DNA of 64,000 bases from Neophaeotheca triangularis. Its lineage: Eukaryota. Under the pieces are notes generated by a model, which ran no database searches, was not told the DNA's origin, and was given only the letters and a program-made list of their open reading frames with translations. The stretch is from positions 1 through 64,000 of the forward strand of contig BAAIJX010000023.1 of NCBI GenBank assembly GCA_054600435.1, given 5' to 3'. Of the stretch, positions 44,787-54,290 are shown in pieces (position 1 is the first letter of the stretch; every line of letters starts with the position of its first letter). The translations under genes and the position numbers were made by a program.

Positions 44787-47459
44787 ATGGCTCAGCGCAT
44801 GGAAGCAAAGGTCAAGTCTGTCCTATCCGGCGACACTTTGATCCTCCACAAGGTCGGCAACCCCAAGCAAGAGCGCACTCTCAGCCTAGCTTTCATCAAT
44901 GCCCCCCGCCTCAACAACGATGAGCCATGCTCCTTTGAGTCACGAGACTTCATCCGCAAGCTCGTCGTTGGTAAGGTCGTACGCTTCAATGTCCTGTACT
45001 CGATCCCTCAAAAGGTCGGCGGCTCGAGCAGGGAATATGGTACCGTTATGCTGCAGAACGGAATGCTACTGCCGGAAGCCATTGTGCAAGAGGGCTGGGC
45101 CAAAGTGAGAGATGATGCTAGCAAGAAGCTGGACGAGGCTGGACCTTCAGGACAAGAACTATTGGAAAAGCTAGAAGCGCTGGAGGCACACGCTAGGGCA
45201 GATGAGAAGGGACTGTACAGCAACAAGCCGCTTCGTATCGAGAACAAGCGCGAAATGCCGGACCCCCGGGCCTTTTCTGAAGCACAAAAGGGCAAATCAC
45301 TCGACGCCATTGTCGAGAGAGTGCTCAGTGGTGACAGGCTCATTTGCCGTTTGGTCGTCACACCCACGCAACACATTCAGACGACGGTGCTCATAGCTGG
45401 CATCAAAGCACCCACGACAGCAAGAACCAACCCTTCCGATGGAACGCAGCAACCTGCCGAGCCACACGGACCAGAGGCGCAACAATTCGTTGAGGAGCGT
45501 ATGCTGCAGCGCGGCGTCACTGTTCGCATACTCGGGGTTTCTCCGAACAACCTGCTTGTCGGTGAAGTGCGCCATCCCGTTGGCAACATCGCCGAGTTCT
45601 TGCTCAAGGAGGGTTTGGCGAGGTGTACCGACCACCACTCCACATGGCTTGGTTCTGAAATGGGCAAGCTCCGCCAAGCAGAGCGGTCCGCAAAGGAACA
45701 GCAAAAGGGTGTCTTCAAAGGTGCCGTGACCCAAGGTCAAAGGGGTGGAGAGTCCGAGGCCATCGTCAGTCGAGTCTTTTCCGCCGATACTTTGTTCATC
45801 CGCAATAAGGCAGGTGCGGAGAAGCGTATCAACCTCAGCAGTGTTCGTCAACCCAAGCCTTCCGACCCGAAGCAATCGCCTTTTGGAGCCGAAGCAAAAG
45901 AGTTCCTGCGCAAGCGGCTTATTGGCAAGCACGTCAAGGTGCAGACCGATGGCAAGAGGCCCGCGACCGAAGGATATGAAGAGCGGGAGATGGCTACTGT
46001 ATCACAAAACAACAACAACGTTGCGCTCATGCTCGTCGAGAACGGTTACGCTTCAGTGATCAGACATCGGATGGACGACACCGACCGAAGCCCACTCTAC
46101 GACGACTTGCTCGCAGCCGAGGAGGCTGCTCAGAAGGAGGGCAAGGGCATGTGGAACGCCAAGGCACCTAAGCCCGTTCAGTATGTCGACTACAGCGAAT
46201 CCCTTGAGAAGGCAAAGAGGCAAACAACTATGCTCTCTCGCCAGAAGAAGGTGCCAGCCATTGTGGACTTTGTCAAGAGTGGTAGTCGTTTCACTGTTCT
46301 GGTGCCTCGCGAAAATGCGAGGCTCACGTTTGTCCTCGGTGGTATCCGTGCACCTCGTAGTGCTCGCGGCCCCAATGAGCAAGGAGAGCCGTTTGGTCAA
46401 GAAGCCCACGAGTTTGCCGTCAAGCGATGCATGCAGCGTGACATCGAAATTGACGTGGAGGACAACGACAAAGTAGGCGGGTTCATTGGTACCATGTACG
46501 TCAACCGTGAAAGCTTCGCCAAACTGCTGGTCGAGGAGGGCCTTGCCTCTGTGCACGCCTATAGTGCCGAAAAATCGGGCAACGCAAACGAGCTCTTCGC
46601 CGCTGAGCAGAAAGCAAAGGACGCTCGCAAGGGCATGTGGCACGACTGGGACCCCTCGCAGGAAGTTGCCGAGAATGGCGACGACTACGATGCTGTACCT
46701 GAGACCAACGGCGACTCCGCTACCCTGCCAGCTCCCAAACGCGACTACAAGGATGTAACAGTCACCTATGTCGACCCTACCAACGCTCGCCTGAAGCTTC
46801 AGCTTCTCGGTGCAGGCAAGGCCAACCTCGACTCTCTTATGCGCGACCTCGCTTCCTTCCACCTCTCTCCTCAGAACTCGGCAGGCCTTCCCGACCCACC
46901 CAAAGCAGGCGACACGGTCTCTGCCAAGTTTAGCGAAGACGGAGTGTGGTACCGCGCACGCGTCCGCCGCAACGACCGTGACAACAAGACTGCCGAGGTC
47001 GTTTACATCGACTACGGCAACAGCGAGACCCAACCATGGAGCGCTCTACGCCCTCTTGACCAGGGACGCTTCGGCCAACAGAAACTCCGCCCGCAAGCCG
47101 TCGAGGCCCAACTCTCCTTCTGCCAATTCCCCACGGCCCCCGAATACCTCAACGAGTCGGTAAACATGCTCAACGAAGTCACCTTCGACCGCGAGCTCGT
47201 CGCCAACGTCGACCACACCGACACCAAGGACAACGGACTGATGCACATTACCCTCATGGACCCCAAGGTCGCTGGCGGTGACCCAAGACAAACCATCAAC
47301 GCTGAGGTCGTTAGCGAGGGTCTTGCCATGGTCGCCAGGAAACTCAGGCCGTTTGAGCGCGCTTCTGCCGACGTTGTCCAGGATTTGAAGGAGAAGGAGC
47401 AGGCGGCCAAGGATGAGAGGAGAGGCATGTGGGAGTACGGCGACCTCACTGAGGATTAG
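44787..47459 (+). CDS. SND1: Tudor staphylococcal nuclease (Tudor-SN/SND1)
   Basis: Four SNase repeats (VKSVLSGDTL, VERVLSGDRL, VSRVFSADTL, VDFVKSGSRF), a Tudor domain (AKFSEDGVWYRARV...YIDYGNSE) and a C-terminal RRGMWEYGD. Confidence 0.95.
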   Translation: MAQRMEAKVKSVLSGDTLILHKVGNPKQERTLSLAFINAPRLNNDEPCSFESRDFIRKLVVGKVVRFNVLYSIPQKVGGSSREYGTVMLQNGMLLPEAIVQEGWAKVRDDASKKLDEAGPSGQELLEKLEALEAHARADEKGLYSNKPLRIENKREMPDPRAFSEAQKGKSLDAIVERVLSGDRLICRLVVTPTQHIQTTVLIAGIKAPTTARTNPSDGTQQPAEPHGPEAQQFVEERMLQRGVTVRILGVSPNNLLVGEVRHPVGNIAEFLLKEGLARCTDHHSTWLGSEMGKLRQAERSAKEQQKGVFKGAVTQGQRGGESEAIVSRVFSADTLFIRNKAGAEKRINLSSVRQPKPSDPKQSPFGAEAKEFLRKRLIGKHVKVQTDGKRPATEGYEEREMATVSQNNNNVALMLVENGYASVIRHRMDDTDRSPLYDDLLAAEEAAQKEGKGMWNAKAPKPVQYVDYSESLEKAKRQTTMLSRQKKVPAIVDFVKSGSRFTVLVPRENARLTFVLGGIRAPRSARGPNEQGEPFGQEAHEFAVKRCMQRDIEIDVEDNDKVGGFIGTMYVNRESFAKLLVEEGLASVHAYSAEKSGNANELFAAEQKAKDARKGMWHDWDPSQEVAENGDDYDAVPETNGDSATLPAPKRDYKDVTVTYVDPTNARLKLQLLGAGKANLDSLMRDLASFHLSPQNSAGLPDPPKAGDTVSAKFSEDGVWYRARVRRNDRDNKTAEVVYIDYGNSETQPWSALRPLDQGRFGQQKLRPQAVEAQLSFCQFPTAPEYLNESVNMLNEVTFDRELVANVDHTDTKDNGLMHITLMDPKVAGGDPRQTINAEVVSEGLAMVARKLRPFERASADVVQDLKEKEQAAKDERRGMWEYGDLTED

Positions 47460-48208
47460 GAGACTTCTGTACGGAGGGGAGGCTCCAGCTTAGCTTGGCG
47501 AGGAAGCGTAGCTTTAGATCCGTGCTAGAAATTCCAAATGAAAGCTCTTGTGCATAGCGCGATGTATGTATCTCGAAAGAGACGCGACCTGGTCTTAATT
47601 CAGCCCTTTTCACATACCTATGGCCTGCGTTGCCTTTGTTCCTTCGTCGTCTCTATCTGTTGACTCGGCGGTTAGCGTTCCCCTACACTTTCTCATTGGC
47701 ATTCCTCTGGTATGAGGCTGAACTCTGCCCACAAGGCATCGCCATGGCTACGCGACGTCGAAGAGGGCAGCCAAAGCTTGTTGAAATGACCCTGTATGCA
47801 TGCAGCCCTACCGTTGCGATCACGCAGCGGACTCACGACTGAGATCTTGAGCCAAAAGGACGGTCTGTTCCCCTGCAATTAGCGCAACGAGCTGGGTCAA
47901 GACATCGAGGATCTAGGGCATGTACATGGAGCCTATCAGCAATCGCTGGCACGTCATATTGCCAGGACCACGTACACGCTCACGAGTCTTGCCAATGCGA
48001 GGTACAGAAGCTGCACACTTGCGTTGCTCTTTGCGGGAGGCTTGCGTTCGCTTGTCTGTTCCCTTCCGCACGACAGGCAGAAGTGCAGTGCTGACGCAAG
48101 ACAGAATAAAGACGCTAGTACAGTACGGAAGAAGACTCGCTCTTCCCAGGCTGGGAGAGTCCGGGGTGTATTCAACGATTTGCGGATCCTTTCTAGCTGG
48201 CTATGTGG

Positions 48209-49653
48209 CTACGAATACCTGCTGCGAAAAGCATTCCCGATACCACTGACCCTGCTCGCCAGGCTCGCGTTGCCCTGCATATTGCTCATCAGGGCATCTT
48301 CCAGCGCTGATCGCGTCACGCTTGCGTCTGGCTTGCGGGTTAGTAACAATGCTGGGAAGGAAAGCGTCGAGGTTGGGGGCAACGTACCGTCGAGATCGCT
48401 GAAACTGCTGCCCATGCTTGGCGTCCCTTCGCTGTCACCCTCGCGACGGTGTCTGGGACTCATCTGCTGTGCTAGCTTAGCTCTCTGCTTGGGGCTCAAT
48501 GGGCCCGGGGCTTTGCGGTCAGGGTCGCTGGTTGAGGGCGCTACTGGTTGTTGCGTCGAGCTTGCGGATGAGGCTGAGGAGTCACCTGGAATTTGGGTGG
48601 CGTGAGGGATGGGCGTGCGCTGCTGGCGTTTCGAGGAGTCCCTTAGGGTCGCTGTTGGGTCTGTGGTTGTTTTTGCGGTACCCTTGGAGATTTTAGAGCC
48701 CGCTGCAAAGGGGAGGAAACCGCCTGAAGATGAGGCTTCGTCGTCTTCGTCGTTGTCAAGGGAGCCGTCGTTTGATGAGATGGCTGAGCGGGAAGGTACT
48801 GATGGTCTCTTTCCTTCGAGGCGAGACTGTACTGGAGCTTTGCCGTCTGTTGCAATCTGGTCTTGGCCTTTACCTTCTTGCTTGCTGGACTCTATCTGCT
48901 CGTTCTCAGGATCATCCGGGGAGGAATCGCTCGGGTCCTTAACTGGCTGGCGTGGACGGCGTTGGTAACTGCCGGAAGACCTGAAATGACGACCGGTAGA
49001 TTGTTTCGATGTCGGTGTAAATACGCGGCTTTGTGTGACTGTATTTGTGGAAGCTGTGCGGGATAGTGGAGGAGCATCCACTTTCGGTGTACTCGGGGTT
49101 GATCCTACACCGCTGAGTGACAAGGGCGCTACTTTCTGGCTGGTGACGATAGGTTGAGGTTTTAGATCTGAGCGCACTCGATTAGGTACTCTCGTCAAGT
49201 TAAGGGATGGCTTGTGGCGGCCTACTTACCTTTCTTCTGCTCGCCATCAGCCTGCACGCCACCCGCAACACCCCCAAGCATAGCCATCTGCTTTCTGACT
49301 CCTTCGAAATGCCGCTCGTAAAGCCAAGCAGCCTGCATCATTAAAAAGCTCAAGTTCACTTCGAATTTCTCGCTAATCTTCTGCCAGTCTAGGTCTTTGG
49401 GGTTCGAACCCTTGCTAGAGATCAAAGACCACAGCGCGGCATCTTTGCTGGCATCCCATGACACTTGCTCGGGCTCTTGGAAGTCACCACGAGGGAATGG
49501 TAGACGTATTAGGGCTGTGTAGTGAACTTGAGCAACATCCTCGTCAAGGGCAGGTCTTATGGACTCAGATTCGGCAGTGTCCTGCACAGTTTTGGGCGAT
49601 CTGGCATATCTTTGGCTTGATTCCGCAACCGCCTCATCTGGTTGTTGAGGCAT
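48209..49653 (-). CDS. ATG29: Autophagy-related protein 29; introns 49168..49229 and 48328..48387
   Basis: N-terminal HYTALIRLPFPRGDFQEP...WDASKDAALW...FLMMQAAWLYERH and C-terminal SMGSSFSDLDDASVTRSALEDAL after splicing. Confidence 0.87.
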
Positions 49654-49978
49654 GCCAGAACGAGTGACTGTCAACTAGTGTTCGTGGCGCTGGCTAGAGG
49701 GGTTAGCAGGCAGGACGCTCATGAGATGAGGTTGTAGCTTCAGAGCTTGGCGTCACATGATGCAGAACTGACAACCTGCGCAATACTCCAGCATTCCAAG
49801 GTTGGCTACGAATCAATACGTGAAAGGTATACAAGACATTGACAATGCATCGCTTGTTCGTAGCTATGGAAAGGGTACTACTCGACGTACTCCCGCCTCG
49901 AACATGCCTTTGCGGCATCGCCGAACCTTGACGCTTTACCACAACTCCACGAACCATCCCCAATACACCATCACGCCC

Positions 49979-50720
49979 TTAGATGTGGGTGTCGTATGCG
50001 ATCGGTGCAATCGACTCGGGCTTGTTGTCCTTGGTGCTGACGGTCCTCTCCTCTCTAGGCTTGACGGGCTGCCTCTTGAGGTACATCTGCTCGCCGCTCT
50101 CCTTGGCCTTGCGCTTCTTGGCAGCGTTCTCCTTCACTCTGACCAAGAACTCCTCACGGGAACGGGAAAGACGGATGTGCTCGATGCGGACGTTGACGCG
50201 CTTCTCGATGTAGCGGTTGCGGACCTGCTTGTGGAGGATGACACCAACGGCGGACTTGGTGACGTTGTAGATGACACCGGTCTTGCCGTGGTAGACCTTG
50301 AAGGGCTGAAGTGGTGTTCTGTCAGTACCACGCCCTGCTATTCCTGTACCCGCCAATGGGTGATTCCGCTTACCATGCCCTTTTGGACGGCACCGTTCGT
50401 GACAATGTCAACGATGTCTCCGACCTTGTACTGGCGCAGGTAGGTGGAGAGGGGGATCATTCCCCTCTTCTTGAAGTCGCGGGAGTAGGCTGTGACGGAT
50501 GTTAGTTCATGAACGCTCTCCCCTGGTCCTTCAATAATCCAGTGCAATCTCATGCGCCATGCCCATGTCCATCTGCCTATGCATCTCCGTGTTTACACCA
50601 GCACCAGCATGCCATCGCAACCGCCTTTTTCCCCATTCCAATGCCCTTCGAAAAAACCCTCCGGTGTGCTCAAAACGTACCATAGCGAGTGCCCTTCCTG
50701 AGACCGTGCGAGTGACCCAT
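49979..50720 (-). CDS. RPL21: 60S ribosomal protein L21 (eL21); coding introns 50490..50680 and 50306..50373; 160 aa
   Basis: [42 protein letters not shown]...[13 protein letters not shown]. Confidence 0.97.
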
Positions 50721-50869
50721 TTTGAAGTTGTTTGCGGGCTGTGAGTTGGTTAGATGATGGCGACCGTATGCGGGTGAGTGTGGATGGTACGCACGTCCGG
50801 TTACTGTGTATTGTCGTTAGTAAAGTAGATCGATTGTAGCAAAGGCACGCGAAGACTAGGAAGACTCAC

Positions 50870-51095
50870 CAAGGTCGTTATGTTCGTCACTTGAACTTGC
50901 CGTCGTCGCAAAAGCCAGCCAGAGAGGATCAAGTGCGGGCTTCGAATTCGTGAAGCGCCAAGATTGTTGAATTCTCGCTTACGAGAAGTCTTGGCGGCGC
51001 TAACAAAGCCCACCTTCGCCGACCACCTTCGAATTTGTTGCAACTTCACGAGAGTCGAACGAGCAGACAGCGACAGTCGACAACCCACTGCAATA
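50870..51095. promoter_or_regulatory. Bidirectional RPL21/RPS9 promoter with dyad-symmetric elements
   Basis: Short region between divergent ribosomal protein genes. Inverted pairs CGCCAAGA/TCTTGGCG, TTCTCG/CGAGAA and TCGTGAAG/CTTCACGA. Confidence 0.65.
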
Positions 51096-52330
51096 ATGGC
51101 CCCGTAAGTATTCCCATGTACCATACTACAGATCAGTCAAAGCAGCAGTTCCAGCACAGGTGTGAGATGCGACCATGATGCCATACGATGCACACACGAG
51201 ACCGCCGCGCCCACCATCCAGGGATTGAACAGCATATCGCGCACACGAGCAGGGAATCATTGCGGCAGCAGTACAACAACTTAGATCAGATGGCAGTAGT
51301 ACGGAAGAACACGTTGGCAAATTGGCAGCATGGGCGCAGACGTATGCGTTGATCGCCCAGCAGCTGGATAGCTGGACGGGAAAGAGCCTTTTCCATGGTC
51401 TTCAGATCACACTACAACCTGCTTGACCGACCAGGTTACCACCACCACCTACACTGCGATCTGGACATGTCCCCAGTCACCGGACTCGACGCATCTGTTA
51501 CCAGCTGGAACTGCTGCTTTGATATTGAGCTGGTCTAGAATCCCACCATGTTCAAAACACTAACACCACAAAAGACGCAGTTACTCCAAGACCTACAAGG
51601 TCCCCCGTCGTCCCTTCGAGTCGGCTCGTCTGTAAGCGATATCCTGCCCAATGAGTGCGAGCTTGTCTCCGCTTAAGGCCATGGTCCTAACGATTTCCCA
51701 GCGACTCCGAGTTGAAGGTTGTCGGCGAGTACGGTCTTCGCAACAAGCGCGAGGTCTGGCGTGTCCAGCTCACTCTCTCCAAGATTCGTCGTGCTGCCCG
51801 GTGAGCTTAGAATACGCACCTAGCAGAAGCAAGTACAACGATCTAACTCAACCTAGTGAGCTCCTTACGCTCGATGAGAAGGACCCCAAGCGTCTCTTTG
51901 AAGGCAATGCCCTCATTCGCCGTCTGGTCCGTGTCGGTGTGCTCGATGAGTCCCGCATGAAGCTCGATTACGTCCTGGCCCTGAAGGTCGAGGACTTCTT
52001 GGAGCGCCGCCTCCAGACCTGTGTCTACAAGCTCGGTCTCGCCAAGTCCATCCACCACGCCCGTGTCCTGATCCGCCAGCGCCACATCCGGTACGTTATC
52101 GCATCCCTCATTTGACCGGAAGGTATTCTCATACTAACAAACTATACAGTGTCGGCAAGCAGATTGTCAACGTGCCGTCTTTCATCGTCCGTCTCGACAG
52201 CCAAAAGCACATCGACTTCGCCCTTACCTCGCCATTTGGTGGTGGACGTCCCGGCCGTGTCAGGAGAAAGAAGGCCAAGGCCGCTGAGAAGAAGGACGAG
52301 GGTGGTGATGAGGAGGAGGAGGAGGAGTAG
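51096..52330 (+). CDS. RPS9: 40S ribosomal protein S9 (uS4); introns 51104..51574, 51632..51701, 51801..51856, 52091..52149; 192 aa
   Basis: Spliced product [43 protein letters not shown]...[42 protein letters not shown]. Confidence 0.97.
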
Positions 52331-52772
52331 ATACTTCCTCGGCTTAGCGTCAACCTCTTGCCTTCATGGCCGCGCTGTAGCGATTGATTCTAGCGTAGTA
52401 GTAAGATCAAAAGCTTCGGCATGTTACTTCTCCAAAATCTTTACCTCCGAGTTGCAGGGGTCTTGTCCGGGTATGTAACTCCTTAATACTGAGAGGCCAG
52501 GATCCCCTGACTCAGTTTAAAAAAAAAATAGCTTGTCTACACAGACATTCCTTGTAAACTGCTGCCGCACGCATTGGAGGTGACAATCCGACATTGACAT
52601 TGGCTGCACCGTGCGGGAGCTCAACATCATAATGGTGCATATGGATTCGCCAACCTAAACGCTACGCAGCAGTTTTTGTGTCATACTACAGTAATGTACA
52701 TAATTCTATGGTGTCGAACATCTGTTAAGGTACAAAGTTCCCTCTAATCACCAGGACTAGGTAGTTTGCTCA

Positions 52773-53726
52773 TCACGATCTGTCAATCTTGCCCCTCCAG
52801 TCGGCAATGTGATCGTTGATGACCTTCGCAGCAGCATCTACGGTGAAGTTTCGTCCTATGGCCTCCACGAAGTCGCCTTCGGGGTCTGAAGAGTGCTTGT
52901 TAGTAAGACTGCCCAACACACGTCGAGGGAAAAGCATTCAGTAAAACTCACCCATCAGGTAGAAGTAGATGCTGTGGTCCACCAGATAATCCTGTCCAGG
53001 CTTGACATCCGGCGGCGTGCTGAAATACACGCGATACGCCTTGCATACATCCTTGACCTCCTGCCATGTACCTGTCATACCTAAGATGTCATCATGAAAC
53101 TCGGCCAAATACTTCCTGATAACCTCAGGCGTGTCCCTAGCCGGATCACAACTAATAAACACGGGCTTCAAAACGCCCTCGCCATGCTTCTCCTTGACCC
53201 GATCCAGCATGCCGGCCATCTTATCCAGCTCCTCGGGGCAAATGTCCGGGCAGTGCGTGAAACCAAAGTACACAAGGCTGTATTTGCCCTTGAGGTTCTG
53301 CTCGGTGAAGTCGTGGCCGTTTTGGTCGGTCAGGTGGAAGGGACCGCCGACGAGCGGTTTGCCTATGCCTTTGTTGGCTTCGGCGATGCGGGCCCGCGCC
53401 ATGCGCTCTTTCTCGTACCGGAAGTAGAAGGTAAGCCCGATTCCGGCTGTCAGGAAGAGCACGCCTGCTTGCCAGCTGAAGGGCCCGGAGCGGTAGCGAG
53501 ATTTGGCTTCTTGCACGGTTTTGTAGGTGCGTTTAGGGGTGTTCGAGAAGACATGGCGGCTGGGAAGGGTTGGTGCTTGCGCCAGCAGCGGTTGGGACCT
53601 TGTTGATGGCTGACGCTTGGGGGGTTGGAGGGAGGCGAAGGGCCTTCGGGAGGCTTGGGCGACGCATCGTTTGCTGAGACCGACCTCGAACAGTGGCAGT
53701 GGACGGGTCAGCAGGTTAGACGACAT
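52773..53726 (-). CDS. SCO1: Copper chaperone Sco1 (cytochrome c oxidase assembly); intron 52886..52951
   Basis: Mitochondrial presequence, single TM, YFGFTHCPDICPEEL (CxxxC) and DYLVDHSIYFYLM|DPEGDFV. Confidence 0.95.
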
Positions 53727-54290
53727 GCTGGTGGTTGCGCGGTTAATGTACAGCAGTTGTCATTCCTTGTGAGTCGAAGTTAAGGTAGGTAAGGTACAGA
53801 GCAATCCATGTCAATGCGCGTGCATGACATCGATGGATGGATTGCTTGGCGCATGTCGCATGGACGTCGGCATTCTGCGAGGCATACACCGACGGCGCCG
53901 GAGCCATACAAACAAAGCAACAAGGCGGCGGCAACGACGACCTTACTGCTACTGCAACACACGACTGCAACTGCAACTGCAACTGCCTATGGCTGGGACA
54001 CGATACCGAGAGATAGCCTATATCACGCACAACGACGTACTGCTTTGAGCGATTCGAGAAGCGACCGACTCCGACATTCGAACTCGTCACCTGCGGCCTG
54101 AGCATCAACAACCTAGAGGCAGCGACACTCGTTCACCTCACCTCACTCGATCTCACTTGCACACCTACACTTTACCCATGTGCGCTCGTCTAGGCAGGCA
54201 CTGTGCGACCTCGCTTCTCTTCACTTCTTGCTCTTCCCCTCGAAAACTTGCTTCGGCCACTTGATTGCGTTTGACCCTCGCACCCACATC

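Noticed and set aside
51170..51540. Box C/D snoRNA inside RPS9 intron 1
   Set aside because: Only an imperfect ATGATGC and no well-placed CTGA box D; reported as a structured intron instead.
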